DNA from: Malacoraja senta
Taxonomy: Eukaryota
DNA length: 60,000 bases
Direction: 5' to 3'
Assembly (NCBI GenBank): GCA_038087875.1
Contig: CM076001.1
Coordinates: forward strand, 1,366,001-1,426,000
Positions within the stretch are counted from its first letter, which is position 1; the number at the start of each line of letters is the position of its first letter. Positions 12,932 to 26,472 of this stretch are shown here, in pieces. The notes under the pieces were generated by a model. The model worked only from the letters and a program-made list of their open reading frames with translations. It was not told the DNA's origin and did no database searches. Position numbers and translations under genes: made by a program.

Positions 12932-13413
12932 GTGTCCCACCTAGGATTTATCTCAGGCTCTGAAACTTCCTGAATTTACAAGAGCACGCGTTGGAGGAGA
13001 GGATGAAACAAAAGTAGAGTTAGGACTTTACTCTATCGGCCCATTGGGAAGAGTTAAGGCCAAGTTCAAATATTGAAAAAATGTAATAGTACTAAGGCTG
13101 ACAATGACATTTGACATTTGACAACACCTAGAAGAGAAGTATTGGTGACAAAGTCCCTCAGGACTAAACAAATCATGTTTGAAATGCTGTAAATATCAGA
13201 AGTTCTACAATATCTAAATGATTACGAATTTCTTGGAGAAATAAGAGATGATAAATGTAATCCAGAATTGGATACTGTATAGAACCAACCAGTGGAAAGG
13301 AGATGCAAGTCAACAGTGAGTTGAATCAGAGTTTTTAGATCAGGAACTAACTACAATAGCAAAAATCCAAACACAGCTAAGAAGGTGTAAGTGTCTGAGT
13401 AAGTCTGTGAACA

Positions 13414-14288
13414 TGCAGGGTGCAGGGTGACTTGGACAGGTTGGGTGAGTGGGCAGATGCATGGCAGATGCAGTTTAATATGGATAAATGTGAGGTTATC
13501 CACTTTGGTGGCAACAACAGGAAGGCAGACTATTGTCAAATCTGTCAACAGGAAGGCAGATTATTGCCTGAATGGTGTCAAATTGGAAAAAGGGGGTGTA
13601 CAAAGAGATCTGGGGGTCCTTGTTCATCAGTCACTGAAAGTAAGCATGCAGTGAAGAAAGCTAATGGCATGTTGGCCTTCATAACAAGAGGAGTTGAGTA
13701 TAGGAGCAAAGAGGTCCTTCTGCAGTGTACAGGGCCCTAGTGAGACCACACCTGGAGTATTGTGTGCTGTTTTGGTCTCCACTTTTGAGGAAGGACATTC
13801 TTGCTATTGAGGGAGTGCAGCGTAGGTTCACGAGGTTAATTCCCGGGACTGTCATATGTTGATAGAATGGAGCAGCTGGGCTTATATACTCTGGAATTTA
13901 GAAGGATGAGAGGGGATCTTATTGAAACATATAAGATTATTAAGGGATTGGGCATGCTAGAGGCAGGAAACATGTTCCTGATGTTGGGAGAGTCCAGAAC
14001 CAGGGGCCACAGTTTAAGAATAAGGGGTAGACCATTTAGAACGTAGATGAGGAAAAACTTTTTCATGCAGAGAGTTGTGAATCTGTGGAATTCTCTGCCC
14101 CAGAAGGCAGTAGAGGCCAATTCTCTGGATGCTTTCAAGAGAGAGCTAGATAGAGCTCTTAAAGATAGCGGAGTCAGGAGATATGGTGAGAAGGCAGGAA
14201 CGGGGTACTGAATGTGGATGATAAGCCATGATCACAGTGAATGGCGGTGCTGAATGGCCTACTCCTGCACCTATTGTCTATTGTCTAT
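13414..14288 (+). mobile_element. CR1 LINE 3' fragment
   Basis: [54 protein letters not shown]; (ctattgt)n tail. Confidence 0.95.
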
Positions 14289-15031
14289 AACAGATAGAAT
14301 CGTTGATTGTCACGCACGTGAAACAATCTTTCAAAGAACGACACCGAGGGGAATAGTTACATGGAAGTAGGTAAATGAGTCACATGCACATTATATAATT
14401 ATTTGATTGCACAAGAAAGCTAGTTGTTAGTTTTCAGTAAAGAGATGGTGCATATTCTCAAGCACCCAGTGTATCCTAAAGTTTATTTAATGTGGTACTA
14501 TAGAAATCTGTAATAATTCCACATAGGCCAACTCTTTAAACAACACAACTACTCAAAAACTTGAAAATCTGGTCCGTTCAGGAATAACGTAATACAAGTA
14601 CCAGTTGAAACATATCATGGAAAGCAATTCATACAACTGATCCTCTGCTTCTGCAGGATCCCTCAGAAGGGGTTAGTTCATCATTATTTTCTCTGATATT
14701 TACAGCAATGATTTTAGTGCATTTCTAGTTGCTCCCTAATTTAGTGCAAAAAGCAGACAACAGACATGCTACATTTTAGCTAAGGTTTTATTTCAGAAGG
14801 CCTGGGTCTCCTGCAAAGAAACTCTCTGTTTATTTACCATCATCATTTGTTGATGTGATCTAAATCCCACCAGAGGACTGTTTTGGAGTGTGATGTAATG
14901 GGCAGGGTCATCATGGATCCAGCCAGTTGCCTGAACTTCCTGCCCATCTACATTCACAGTTTCTACTCTAACACTCTACACCAGGCAAACGTGGATTCAG
15001 CCCCTCCATGTTAGTAAAGATGTCCGTGGTG

Positions 15032-15128
15032 TCTGAAGAAGGATCTCAACCTGAAAAGTCACCCATTGATGTTCTCCAGTGATGTTGCCTGACCTGCTGA
15101 GTTACTCCAGCACTTTGTGTCCTTTCGT
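15032..15128 (+). mobile_element. Penelope-end-derived short element with hammerhead-like motif
   Basis: CTGAAGA-aggatctcaacct-GAAA-agtc-acccatt followed by gcctgacctgctgagttactccagcactttgtg. Confidence 0.7.
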
Positions 15129-15469
15129 CTATGGTGCTTTTGTTCCACAGTTGAACCTCAATCAATAATGACTATAAAATTATTGTTGGCTTTCTGACAA
15201 AGATTGATGTGCACTTTCTGAAATAGTCAAATCAGTCTCCTCCAAGCTTCTTGGGATGTGCATCGTGGTTTCATTCCGCATTCTTGAGCTGATGCAGGCA
15301 GTTAGATGTGCCAGCATGTCTCACATTTTCACCATTCCCTAAGCTGATGCAGCAGTCCTAAGGCACAAACAGTCGAGAGCTGTTCTTTCTCACTGGAAGA
15401 ACTAGCTATCATTTCAATGTGAGCCGCACCATTACCTTGTGTCTTGGAAGTAAATATTCCCAGCTGCCA

Positions 15470-15760
15470 TTGTACACAGGATCCCACAAATTGTAAATAA
15501 TACCAATGATTTAGATGTGTGTTGGGAATTTAGTTTTTAAGATCTGATAATTATTCTGAATTGCTATAGGATATTTTACCTGAACTGGCAGGTTGGCCTT
15601 GCCTTAAAATCTCTTTCTAAATATTGTCTCGCCAACAGTGTAACTTTCTCTCACACGTTCACCTAACATGGCAGCCAGATTACGCTCTAAAGTGCTATGG
15701 CAGGGGCCTGAACCTGCTATTTAAGTTGAATCAGCTGCCAAATGAGCTAGGCTGATGCTG
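15470..15760 (-). mobile_element. Ancient Deu-domain-like SINE, heavily diverged
   Basis: Minus strand shows a tRNA-like head (gcctagctcatttggcag...ggttcaggccc), then ttacactgttggcgagacaatatttagaaagagattttaaggcaaggcc...aaaatatcctatagca, resembling the Deu core from memory. Confidence 0.45.
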
Positions 15761-17002
15761 TGACGTTTTCAATGGACTGAATCAGTGAGCTTTTACAATA
15801 TCGTTGGTAACAGTCAAGGATCCTCAGAAATGTTCGACTTAATGATCTTTCTTAATACTCTGCATGAATGCTTAATAAACTTATCTCATGCAAATTTATG
15901 TGCAAAAAGAACTCCTAATCACACAATTCTTTGGGCTCCTACAAACCTGAAGTCCAATAGTAGTAATAAATGCTAATGTAACATTCGTCCTTTGAATTGT
16001 ATTACTTGCTGTTTAAATAGTATTCATCCAATTTCGACATAACTTTCAAATTGAAAGAACTAAATATGCAACTTTGTTTGCTGGACTATATTTATCACAG
16101 TTAACTAATCTGAGTATAATCATCCTTGAATTAACAAAACATGATTATAGACCTTGATTTTCTTCCACAGCAGACATATTTTATTCAAATTTGAATCATA
16201 TTTAAGCTATGCTTCTCGCTCTTCTCAAATAAATAAAAACAAATATCGATGTGCTATTTTCTATCTACTTGACTGCACTATTATCCCAGAATGCTGGTTA
16301 AATCAAGTTTTCTTTGTTTCACCCCTGTAAATCGACAGAATTTGAATAAATCAGAAGCAAGCTTTTCATTAGATGCTCGTCATTGATTTTGAAATAGTAG
16401 ATTTCATGGTCAGCAGTCATTAAAAGGCCATTATCATTCGTTGTTCTTTTGTAATGTATTCTTCAAGTACTTGCACTTTATAGATTTTTAGAGTAGGATC
16501 CCATTTTTGTACATAGGATATCATGCAAATGACGTCATGTTGAGTGCACTTTCACTAATGTATTGTGTAAGGAAGTGTGTGCTACTTGTCTGTAATTTTG
16601 CAATTATTTTTGTATCTCTGGGTAAATTATTAATGAGTACGATTTTTGTTTAACTGAGTCCTTTAATCCCATACAGTGTAGTTTATTATTAAACCGCAAC
16701 CATCCTTGTCTCAACTTTTCCTATTGACCATTCCTGATAGAGTTTACATCCACGATAATTTACGATGTTGCCTTCAAATTATGCAAATGCTATTAATAAG
16801 AACAACTTCTGGGTTTTCAATGATTAATTGCATTTTATTATTAGACCTGTTTTATCTTGAGCAAGAATGTCAGCAGTTAGAGAATTAGGCTGATTTGTTT
16901 TGATAAATTATATTTTTACATGAACAGACTGAACCAAGCTGGTGTTTGCAGTGTACCATCATAAAGACACTCTGGACATGCAAACCTATTGTGTTTATGT
17001 GG

Positions 17003-17324
17003 AGTTCAGTAGTTCAGTTTAATTCAATTTAGTTTTGTTTAGTTTAACAGCATAGAAACAGAGCCTTTGGCCCACTGAGTCTGCACCAACCAACAATCAC
17101 CTGTACGCTAGTTGTATCCCACACACTAAGAATAATGTACAGAAGCCAATTAACCAACAAACCTGCACTTCTTTGAAATGTGGGAGGAAACTGGAGCACC
17201 CGGAGAAAGCCCACGTGGTCACAGAGGGGAATGTTCAAACTCCGTACAGACAGCACCTGTGGTCAGGTTCAAACCTGGGTCTCTAGCGTTGTAAGGCAGT
17301 AACTCTACCACTGCGCCACTGTGC
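17003..17324 (-). mobile_element. HE1/V-SINE-type tRNA-derived SINE, full length
   Basis: Minus strand gcacagtggcgcagtggtagag (A box)...ggtttgaacc (B box)...gtacggagtttg...ccgggtgctccagtttcctcccacat (V-domain), CR1-like 3' end and tandem tail. Confidence 0.9.
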
Positions 17325-17925
17325 AGTTATTGGGGTCTTAACATTTGAAATGTGTTTTTAATTAATAGTTTTTTGTTCATTTATGGGATTTTTAATAGTT
17401 TATAAATGTATCTGTATATTGGAGACATTTAAAAACCCATGCGAAGCCTTGCAGTCTGACTGTTAGATCTGGTTGGCGTAGGGCATCATATTCAGATTTC
17501 CCAGTTGCCAGGGTGATCGAGGGATGGGCCCACTATTGAGGCCTCTCTCTGCCTCGCCACCTAAAGCCAAGATCAATAGGCCCAGGATATCTTGACCCGT
17601 GGATCTGTACATGTACACCACGAATATGGCCACTATGAAAATGCAGAGGCAGGTCTTAGCAGCACGCAACTTTGCTCATGATTTAATTCAACACTTCTTT
17701 ACATATTTTAATGATCAGAAAACCATGTGGACATTTAGCGATAGTTTGAAAGCATTTCACCAATTCAGTTCAAACATTTCCAACCAATATTTATGATAGG
17801 TCCTGTTGCTAAAGTAATAAGTAACGTGCGGTCCCACTGTTACCTTAAGTTAGAAAGAGCAAAAACACAACAAAGTGCAAAGTGCTGGAAAATAAGACGT
17901 GACTACCCAATAACAGTTTGTAATT

Positions 17926-20900
17926 AGTTCAAGTTCAAGTTCAAGTGAGTTTATTGTCATGTGTCCCTGGTAGGACAATGAAATTCTTGCTTTGCTTCAG
18001 CACAACAGAACATAGAAGGCATTGACTACAAAACAGATCAGTGTGTCCATATATCATTATATAAACACATGAATAAATAAACTGATAAAGTGCAAATAAC
18101 AGATAATGGGCTATTAATGTTCATAGTTTTGTCCAAGCCAAGTTTAATAGCCTGATGGCTGTGGGGAAGTAGCTATTCCTGAACCTGGTCATTGCAGTCT
18201 TCAGGCTCCTGTACCTTCTACCTGAAGGTAGTAGGGAGATGAGTGTGTGGCCAGGATGGTGTGGGTCCTTGATGATACTGCCAGCCTTTTTGAGGCAGCG
18301 ACTGCGATAGATCCCCTCGATGGAAGGGAGGTCAGAGCCGATGATGGACTGGGCAGTGTTTACTACTTTTTGTAGTCTTTTCCTCTCCAGGGCGCTCAAG
18401 TTGCCGAACCAAGCCACGATGCAACCGATCAGCATGCTCTCTACTGTGCACCTGTAGAAGTTAGAGAGAGTTCTCCTTGACCAAACCGACTTCTCAGGAA
18501 GTAGAGGCGCTGATGTGCTTTCTTAATAGTAGCATCAGTGTTCTCGGACCAGGAAAGATCTTCAGAAATGTGCACGCCCAGGAACTTAAAGCTCTTGACC
18601 CTTTCAACCATCGACCCATTGATATAAACGGGACTGTGGGTCCCCGTCCTACTCCTTTCAAAGTCCACAATCAGTTCCTTGGTTTTGCTGGTGTTGAGGG
18701 CCAGGTTGTTGTGCTGGCACCATATGGACAGTTGCTCGATATCTCTTCTGTACTCTGACTCATCCCCATCAGTGATACGTCCCACAACAGTGGTGACGTC
18801 AGCGAACTTGATGATGGAGTTCGCACTATGACCGGCTACGCAGTCATGAGTGTAGAGTGAGTACAGCAGGGGGCTGAGCACGCAGCCTTGAGGTGCTCCC
18901 GTGCTGATTGTTATCGAGTCTGACACATTTCCACCAATACGAACAGACTGGTCTGTGAATGAGGAAGTCGAGGATCCAATTGCAGAGGGATGTGCAGATA
19001 CCCAGTTCTGCGAGTTTGGTAACCAGCTTGGAGGGGATGATTGTATTATATGCCGAGCTGTAATCGATGAATAACAGCCTGACATATGAGTTTTTGTTGT
19101 CCAAGTGGTCCAGAGCGAAGTGGAGGGCCAGCGAGATCGCATCCACCGTTGATCTGTTGTGGCGGTAAGCGAACTGCAGTGGGTCCAGGTTTTTGTCGAG
19201 GTAGGAGTTGATTTGCACCATGATCAATCTCTCAAAGCACTTCATCACCACAGGCGTTTGTGCCACAGGTCAATAGTCATTGAGGCACGTCACCTTGCTC
19301 TTCTTGGGCACTGGTATGATTGATGCCCTTTTGAAGCAGGTGGGAACCTCAGACCTCAGAAGTGAGAGGTTGAAAATGTCCGTAAAAACTCCAGCCAGTT
19401 GGTCCGCACAGGTTTTTAGAACACGACCAAGTATACCATCAGGTCCAGGCGCTTTTCGAGGGTTCACCCCTCTGAAGGATTTCCTGACGTCAGCCTCTGT
19501 GACAGACTGAAATAGCATCACAGCGAATGGGGGCTCGGGAAGGCACATCAGTGTTCACCCTATCAAAGCATGCGTAAAACGCATTGAGCTCATCAGGGAG
19601 TGATGTTTCGCCGACATTCGATCTGCCTCCTGATTTCGCCTTGTAGGAGGTGATTGCATTCAGGCCCCGCCACAGCTGCCGAACATCTGTCTCATCCTCC
19701 AGTTTGGAGCAGGTCCCTTTTGGCCTTTTTGATGGCTTTACCAAGGTCGTATCTGGACTTCTTGTAGACCACTGTATCATCAGACATGAATGCCCGGTGT
19801 CTGGTCTTCAGAAGAGTGCGGATCTCAAAGTTCATCCAAGGTTTCTGATTGGGAAACACTCAGAAGGTTTTTGTAGGGATGCAGTCCTCCACACATTTCT
19901 TAATGAAGTGTGTAACGACTGTGGCGTATTCGTTCAAGTCCGTTGCCTAGTCCTTGAACATTGCCCAGTCTACAGACTCAAAACAGTCCTGTAGTTGTTC
20001 CTCTGCCCCCCCCCCCCCCCCCCCGACCAGCTCTGCACTGTTCTCACCTCTGGGGGTGCGCTCTTTAATTGCTGCCTGTAGGCAGGAAGAAGCAGCACCG
20101 CGGTATGGTTGGATTTACCGAAGTGAGGGCGAGGGATAGACCGATAGGCATTCTTGATGGTGGTGTAGCAGTGGTCGAGGGTGTTTGGTCCTCTGGTGCA
20201 GCAGGAGACATGTTGGTGGAAGTTAGGGAGTGATTTCTTTAGGTTTGCCTTATTGAAGTCCCCAGCAATGGTGGTAAATGCCTCGGGGTAAGACTTCTGG
20301 TGTTTGTTGACCACGGCGTGCAGCTCCTCCAATGCCAGACGGACGTCTGCCTGGGGTGGGATGTACACCGCGGTCAGGATGATGTAGGTGAATTCCCTCG
20401 GAAGGTAGAAGGGACGACACTTCACCGCCAGATGTTCGAGGTGTGGAGAGCAGGAGTTGGACAGGACTGCCACGTCTGAGAACCACGCAGAGTTGACCAT
20501 GAGACGCCCCCTCCTCTCCCTTTCCCAGATGCCAGTGTACGATCCATACGGTGGATGGAGAACCCTTCAGGCTGGACCGCTGAGTCTGGGGAGCTGGGGG
20601 TGAGCCATGTAAAACAGAAACACAGAGCATTCCCTCAGCTCCCTTTGATAAAGCAGTCTTGCCCTTAAGTCCTTCACTTTATTTTCAAGGGACTGTACGT
20701 TGGCCAGTAGGATAGTAGGGAGAGGGGGCCGAAGTCCCCTGCGCTTCAGTCTGACCTGAAGTCCTGCCCGCCAGCCACGTTTCCGGACACAATGGAGGCT
20801 TCCCCTTTGTTTCCAGGTGCTGAGTTTACTGTACCTGCTGTATCTGCGGACCTGCGCTGCAACGGGGATTCCTTCACAGACGGCAGCTCCAGCTCCGTTA

Positions 20901-21245
20901 AGAACGGGGGTTTCCTCAAAGTCGGCAGCTCCAGCTTCATTGTTCCTGCAAGATCCAGCTCGTCGGCTCTGGAGGTCATCCCGGGGTTTCCAGGTACCGT
21001 ACCTGGGTTCCTCAGTCGGGTCGGGAGTTTTACAGCCAGCGTGGGAAAATTTAAAGTCCGGGGCTCCTGCAGCAGCGGGAGATCGCGAAATTGCGAGAGC
21101 CTTGAGGTGCTCAAGCAGCTTGTCCGAAACGGCACAGTATTCTGCCGTTTTCCTGATCCAGGTGAATTGATTGAAGTATCTAAGCCTTTTAGGTTCTGGT
21201 GCTCCGCAAAAGTCGCCGCAGGCAGGCGCCATCCAGTCCGCTCGT
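17926..21245 (-). mobile_element. Rex1/Babar non-LTR retrotransposon, near full length, frameshifted
   Basis: APE motifs (LPTILLANVQSLENK, IAGDFNKANL, TLDHCY, HFGKSNH); RT motifs ([51 protein letters not shown]); C-terminal IIKDPHHPGH..LPSGRRYR; (ttgaac)n tail. Confidence 0.95.
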
Positions 21246-21516
21246 CACATTACAATGCATAAATTCCTACCTAATACTGTTAATATTATAATAACTAATA
21301 TTAGTTTACTGTCTGAAACATCAGGGTGTAGTGAAATTCCTGGTTTGCATGAAGCTCAGAGGAAAGAATGCATGGAAATAATAAATACATCAATAAATAC
21401 AGTGATGAGAGCAAAACAGCAGAATGGAGCACAGATTGCAGTGCAATCTGAAGTAATGTAAAACAATGCTAAAGTGCAATAACCAAATGAAGTCGAGTTA
21501 TTGGAGTTAAGAGTAA

Positions 21517-22187
21517 AGCCCCTGTCTCACTTACGTGTCCTTGGCATGATAATTACGCGACCTCGTGGTCGCGTTGAGGCGCGACGGTCCCGCGAAGGTC
21601 GCGCGCGACTTGATGCGTCCGCACAGCAGTCTGGAGCGTGTGACGTCATTTGAAGATGGACGCAAAAATGCAGGAGTAACTCAGCGGGACCGGCAGCATC
21701 TCTGGAGAGAAGCAATGGGTGACGTTTTGGGTCGAGACCCTTCTTCAGTCTGAAAGAAGGGTCTTGACCCGAAACGTCACCCATTGCTTCTCTCCAGAGA
21801 TGCTGCTGGTCCCGCTGAGTTACTCCTGCATTTTGTGTCTATCTTCAATTTTCTTGGCCCCGCTCTGGGAGTAACGGCCGTGAGCCCCAGGCCGAGTTCG
21901 ACGATCGTTTGCCTGCTTCTGCTGCTGTTGGAGGTGAGACGTTGCGTCGTGCCAGGGTCTTGGGCCTGTCCCACTTTGGCCGTCAGTTACATGACAGGCC
22001 GGTGGCGCGCGAAGATTTCGTTCACTACAAAATTTCGGAGCTCCGCGCGATATCGCGCACAACTCCATACCCCGCCGCGCTACTCAGTGGGACCGGCCCC
22101 GCGTGGTCACACGATGCCCGTGCGCCTCAACGCGACGACGAGGTCGCGTAATTTGCGTGCCAAGGACACGTAAGTGGAACAGGGCCT
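21517..22187. mobile_element. PIF/Harbinger-type MITE
   Basis: About 65-bp TIRs (agcccctgtctcacttacgtgtccttggca... and ...tgccaaggacacgtaagtggaacagggcct) flanked by TAA at 21514-21516 and 22188-22190. Confidence 0.92.
21650..21848. repeat. 199-bp near-perfect palindrome of two inverted Penelope-end units
   Basis: Arms ttgaagatggac...cccttcttcag and ctgaaagaaggg...gtctatcttcaa, centre near 21749. Confidence 0.9.
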
Positions 22188-22402
22188 TAAGAATACATGA
22201 CAGAGCCTCTGGGAAAAGAGGAGATTGCTTCAGGAGTCTGATAGCAGTGGGGAAGATGTTTAAGTCTGTCATTTGGGCTTTCGAGCTTCTCTATCTCATC
22301 TCAGAAGGTGGAAAATGGAATGGCCGGTGTGGTAGGACACCTGAGGTGTGTTGTTAGCCATTTCTGATGATTGTACATTATACTGTTTTGCCTCAAGACC
22401 AT

Positions 22403-22612
22403 GTAGAAACAAAGAGGTGCAGATGTTGGTTAATGCACAAAAGGACACAAGGTGCTGGAGTAACTCACTGGGTCAGGCAGCATCTCTGGAGAACATGGAT
22501 AGGCGACATTTTGGGTTGAGACCCTTCTTCAGACTGAGGTCAGACCTGAATCTGAAGGAGGAACTCACTGCCTGACCCAGTGTGTTACTCCAGCACCTTG
22601 GGCCCTTTTGTG
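22403..22612. mobile_element. Penelope-end-derived short element, partly palindromic
   Basis: gtgctggagtaactcactgggtcaggcagcatctctggagaac...gagacccttcttcagactga...ctgcctgacccagtgtgttactccagcac. Confidence 0.75.
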
Positions 22613-23594
22613 CCATAAGACCATGTCTATGTTTGCCATGGAAAGGCTGCAGAAAGTAAGTATTTAAAAGCACATCATGTAAGAACAATTACATTTGGTA
22701 AAAACAATTAAGATTAACCTAATCAAAGAATAGAACATATGATCTACAGTAGGAAAAGTAAACCGCAAATTATTTCTTCAAGAGGGTAAGATCAGATGAA
22801 AATATATGAAAAGTAATTTTAAGTGATTATCAGGAAAATAAATGGGATTAAATATTTGCCTGGTAAATATCACAGATTAAACAAACAGGTGCAACTACAC
22901 GGCAGGCTCCATTGTCTTTTTCCATTTTTAGAAATATGTGGAGAATGAAATGCATTTTATGTTCCCTGTTTCTTTTAACACCAGATAATGCTTTGACAAT
23001 TTTTTAGGTGGGTCATGCTTTAAATCCACCCATAGCATTATACTATTTTTAATATACTGTAGTTCCTATTTTTCAATCCTCTTTGATCTTCCATATGGAT
23101 TATAGGTATCTCTAACCCACACCTGCACCGAGTATAAAAAATGTACTGAAGTAAAGGCGTAGGCAAAACCATATACAATTATAATACTCACTGTTTCTTA
23201 AAATATGCTTCTAAGCATTTCAAACTATATTTTATGGCCTGACAATGGCAATACTGAGTTAAGATGTTCATGTTCGACCACTCAGCAAAGTGCTATCTTA
23301 GCCAGACTTCACCCCAGAGGTCATCAACCCTGACCTCTGACCCTGTGAGTTTGCCTTTCACCTTCTGGCTATCTGCAGCAATATCACAAAGATCAGAACT
23401 GATGCTAGAGGTGTTTTAGCAAACAAGGATGTGCAAAAAGAAAGGAAATGAACAAGTCATAGAGCCAAACCCAGGTCTTGATAAGCTCTCCATCTTAATC
23501 GGTTATCTGACCTCTGACTTCATGCAAGGACCTGAAGCGGGGCTGATGAATAGACTATTCTGCAGGGTGGGAGGGTAAGTGGTTGCGCGATGCT

Positions 23595-24052
23595 AATGGC
23601 TCCTATTCTCTGCTTAGCTGACACCCCTTTGCCTTCTTTTCTGCTCAAGCATTTGTCCACCCATCTGCCAATCAAACCCCACTCACCTATCGCGTGTATC
23701 CATCTATCGCGTATAGGCACAAAGTGCTGGAATAACTAAGCGGAAAAATATCGTCTTTCTCCAGAGATGCTGCCTGACTCGCTGAGTTACGCCAGCACTT
23801 TGTGCCTATCTTCAGTATAAACCAGCATCTCGAGTTTCTTTCTACACATTTGATCCATCTATCACTTGCCAGGCTTTGTCTCACCTCCACCTCATTCCCA
23901 GCTTTCTCCTCTCCACCACAATCTATCTGAAGAAGGGTCGCAACCCAAAACCTCATCTATCCATTCCCTCTGCAAATGCTGCCTGAACTGCTGAGCTATC
24001 CAGCATTTTGTGTATTACTCAAGATTTCAGCATCTGCTGCTGCTTGTGACTC
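23595..24052 (+). mobile_element. Penelope 3' UTR/end relic with a nested younger copy (about 23715-23850)
   Basis: Pyrimidine-rich 3' region, tctgaagaagggtcgcaacccaaaac, gctgcctgaactgctgag; atccatctatc occurs on both sides of the nested copy. Confidence 0.65.
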
Positions 24053-26399
24053 CTACTGAAATTGGACGAGCTCCCCAAGAACTGAGTGTGCAAGATTCTT
24101 TTTAGAGTTACCTTTTGCTGGAGACCACAGGGTCTGGTGAAAACTCCAAAACAGGACTGCTGGATGCTTTCTTTGACAAGTGATTTTCTAAGTGGGGGGG
24201 TGGTGGTCTTTCATTAGGTATCAGAGGCCTGACATGTTGATGTCTATTGTCGGTGTCCATCCACAACAGCCTGATAAACGAGCACTTGCGAGTAAGACCA
24301 CCTGTGTGGAAAAGGCTGCTATCCTGCGGATTGGAATTTATTTAAGACCCACAACAGGGCATTATGTGCTCCTAATTGATCACCGCATGTATAAATTCAG
24401 ACAAAAAAGGGTTAGTGGGCTGTCGTACTGTGAGGCCAAATGATCAGGGAATGCTCGCGGTGTTTCCCCTCATCAATAGTTATATTTCTTATCCAAAATG
24501 CTTCGAAGGGTTACAAGAAAGAGCACTTGAGACTCTCTCCTCATTTATAAATAATACACCCTGCAGCAGAATTATGTCTGATTTATAATTCAGATAAAAC
24601 AAGTGTTGAAAAATATTCCAGTGTAGCAGGTATACTGGCCACTCTGTTATGCAGGGGAACGCACGATGTTTTGTGTCAGTGACAGCAGACAAGGGTTTGA
24701 TTCCCCCCTCCCCTAACCCCAAACATTATTCAGAAAGTATATCTGATATGAGATTATAGACACACTTGCACACCTTGCTCCCCAAAACCTAACAGGCTTA
24801 ATGGTCCAAGCATACTCCTATTGTTGTGAACTTGTAACTGTGATTAACCTTGCTGCTCATCAGTGGAGTTTATGAGTGAATATATTCTGGAGTGAGACTG
24901 AAGTGTGTGCATTGCAATTGTGAGTTTTCAGAAACTACCTTCATTTTATGTCAATTGTTATGATGCATAAAGGTAGCCACACTGCAATAATATATAGCAC
25001 TTCATGATTTTTAAAATGCATTTATTTTTATTTTAATATATTTGATGATTTTGAAATAACTTTAAAGCTCCATCAGGTCCTTTTCAAAATAACATGCACT
25101 AAAGCAAAAAAAAACTATGTGTGGAATTATATCAAATTATGTTAATCTATAAACATGATTTAAAAACGATAAAATGATTTCTAGAAAGTATATAAAGTTA
25201 CAATTATTGTGAATTATTATACATTTGAAAAGTATAGCAAACTCAAGTACAAAACTAATTGCTTCTTAAAACATGCTCAAGCTGAGCATTTGAAAATCTA
25301 TTTTATAGCTACATAATGGAAGTGAAGAGTTAAGATGCTCATGACCAACCACTCAGCCATGTGGTAACTTGGCCAGACTTTGCCCCAGAGGCCATCAGCC
25401 TGACCTCTGATCCTGTGAGTTTGCCTTTCACCTTCTGCCTCTCTGCTGCAATGTCACAAGGACTGGAATCACTCTGCAAGGACCTAGTACTTGAACTGCC
25501 TCACCTAATGACCGAGGGCACCACAGTCCTTCTGGCCAAGGCTAGCCCTGTGCCATATGTGAAGGACTGAGGTCTTTTCAATCTGCTGCAGGCCAGCAAC
25601 CTGTTTAGGCCACTGGCAAAAACTGGTTGAATTTCTCGATAATGGAAAACAACAAGAAACATTCTTAAGATATCGAATTTTGTTTTAAAATGCAACCATT
25701 CTGAATACATTAAACAAAAATAATTGTGCACTCTTTATAGGGTTTTAATAGGCGGATAGAGTAGTTGAAATGTCTAGTTATGCACTGAAGGGTGTGCAGA
25801 ACGATGCTAACAACCATTTCAATCAAGTGCTTCTCTGTGCTAATTCTAATTGGGCCCAAGTAGGCCAGGCTCAGAAGGTTAGAGATAAGATGTTGGATGA
25901 GGAATGGAGTCTCTGATTGGGTAGGGGCCCGTGAGTTATCCAATGATCAATGTTCGAAAATAGCTGAGAGAGGATTTGCACGATGGATAGGAGCTGCAAG
26001 AGATGTCTCCAAGATGACGGGAGACTGGGGTTGAGGTAGGTAGGGGGGAAGGACCTGCATGGAGGATGTGGTCAGTGATCAGGTAAGCGTAGGTAAGCTG
26101 GGCTCAGGCAGAGTCAGGTTACAGATCAGACCATCATTGAGGAGATCATTGTCAGATTCTGGGTAATTTTGGCCAGTGATCAGGGCCTGGAAATCAGGGT
26201 GAGGTGTGAGAGTGAAAATTAGAATGTCAGGATTTGGGTCCTAGATTGGGAGAAAGAAGAACATGTTAGTAGGCTATTGGGTCCAGTGATGCACAAAAAG
26301 CTAAGTAGGAGACCTATCTTACTCACAGTGTTAAAACCTAAATGGCCCAGAGGTGCCAGTGATGTTAACTCCTAGAATAATTTGCTGCATTTCCCCCAC

Positions 26400-26472
26400 G
26401 ATAGTCAGGCAGCATCAATGGAAAGAGAAACAGAGTTAACTTTTCAGGTCTAAGACACTTCTTCAGAACAGA
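26400..26472 (-). mobile_element. Older Penelope-end-derived fragment
   Basis: Minus strand gttCTGAAGAagtgtcttagacctGAAAagttaactctgtttctc. Confidence 0.55.

Noticed and set aside
17240..17324. tRNA gene
   Set aside because: tRNA-like A/B boxes are the head of a SINE and are followed by SINE body and tail; same for 43407 and about 50500
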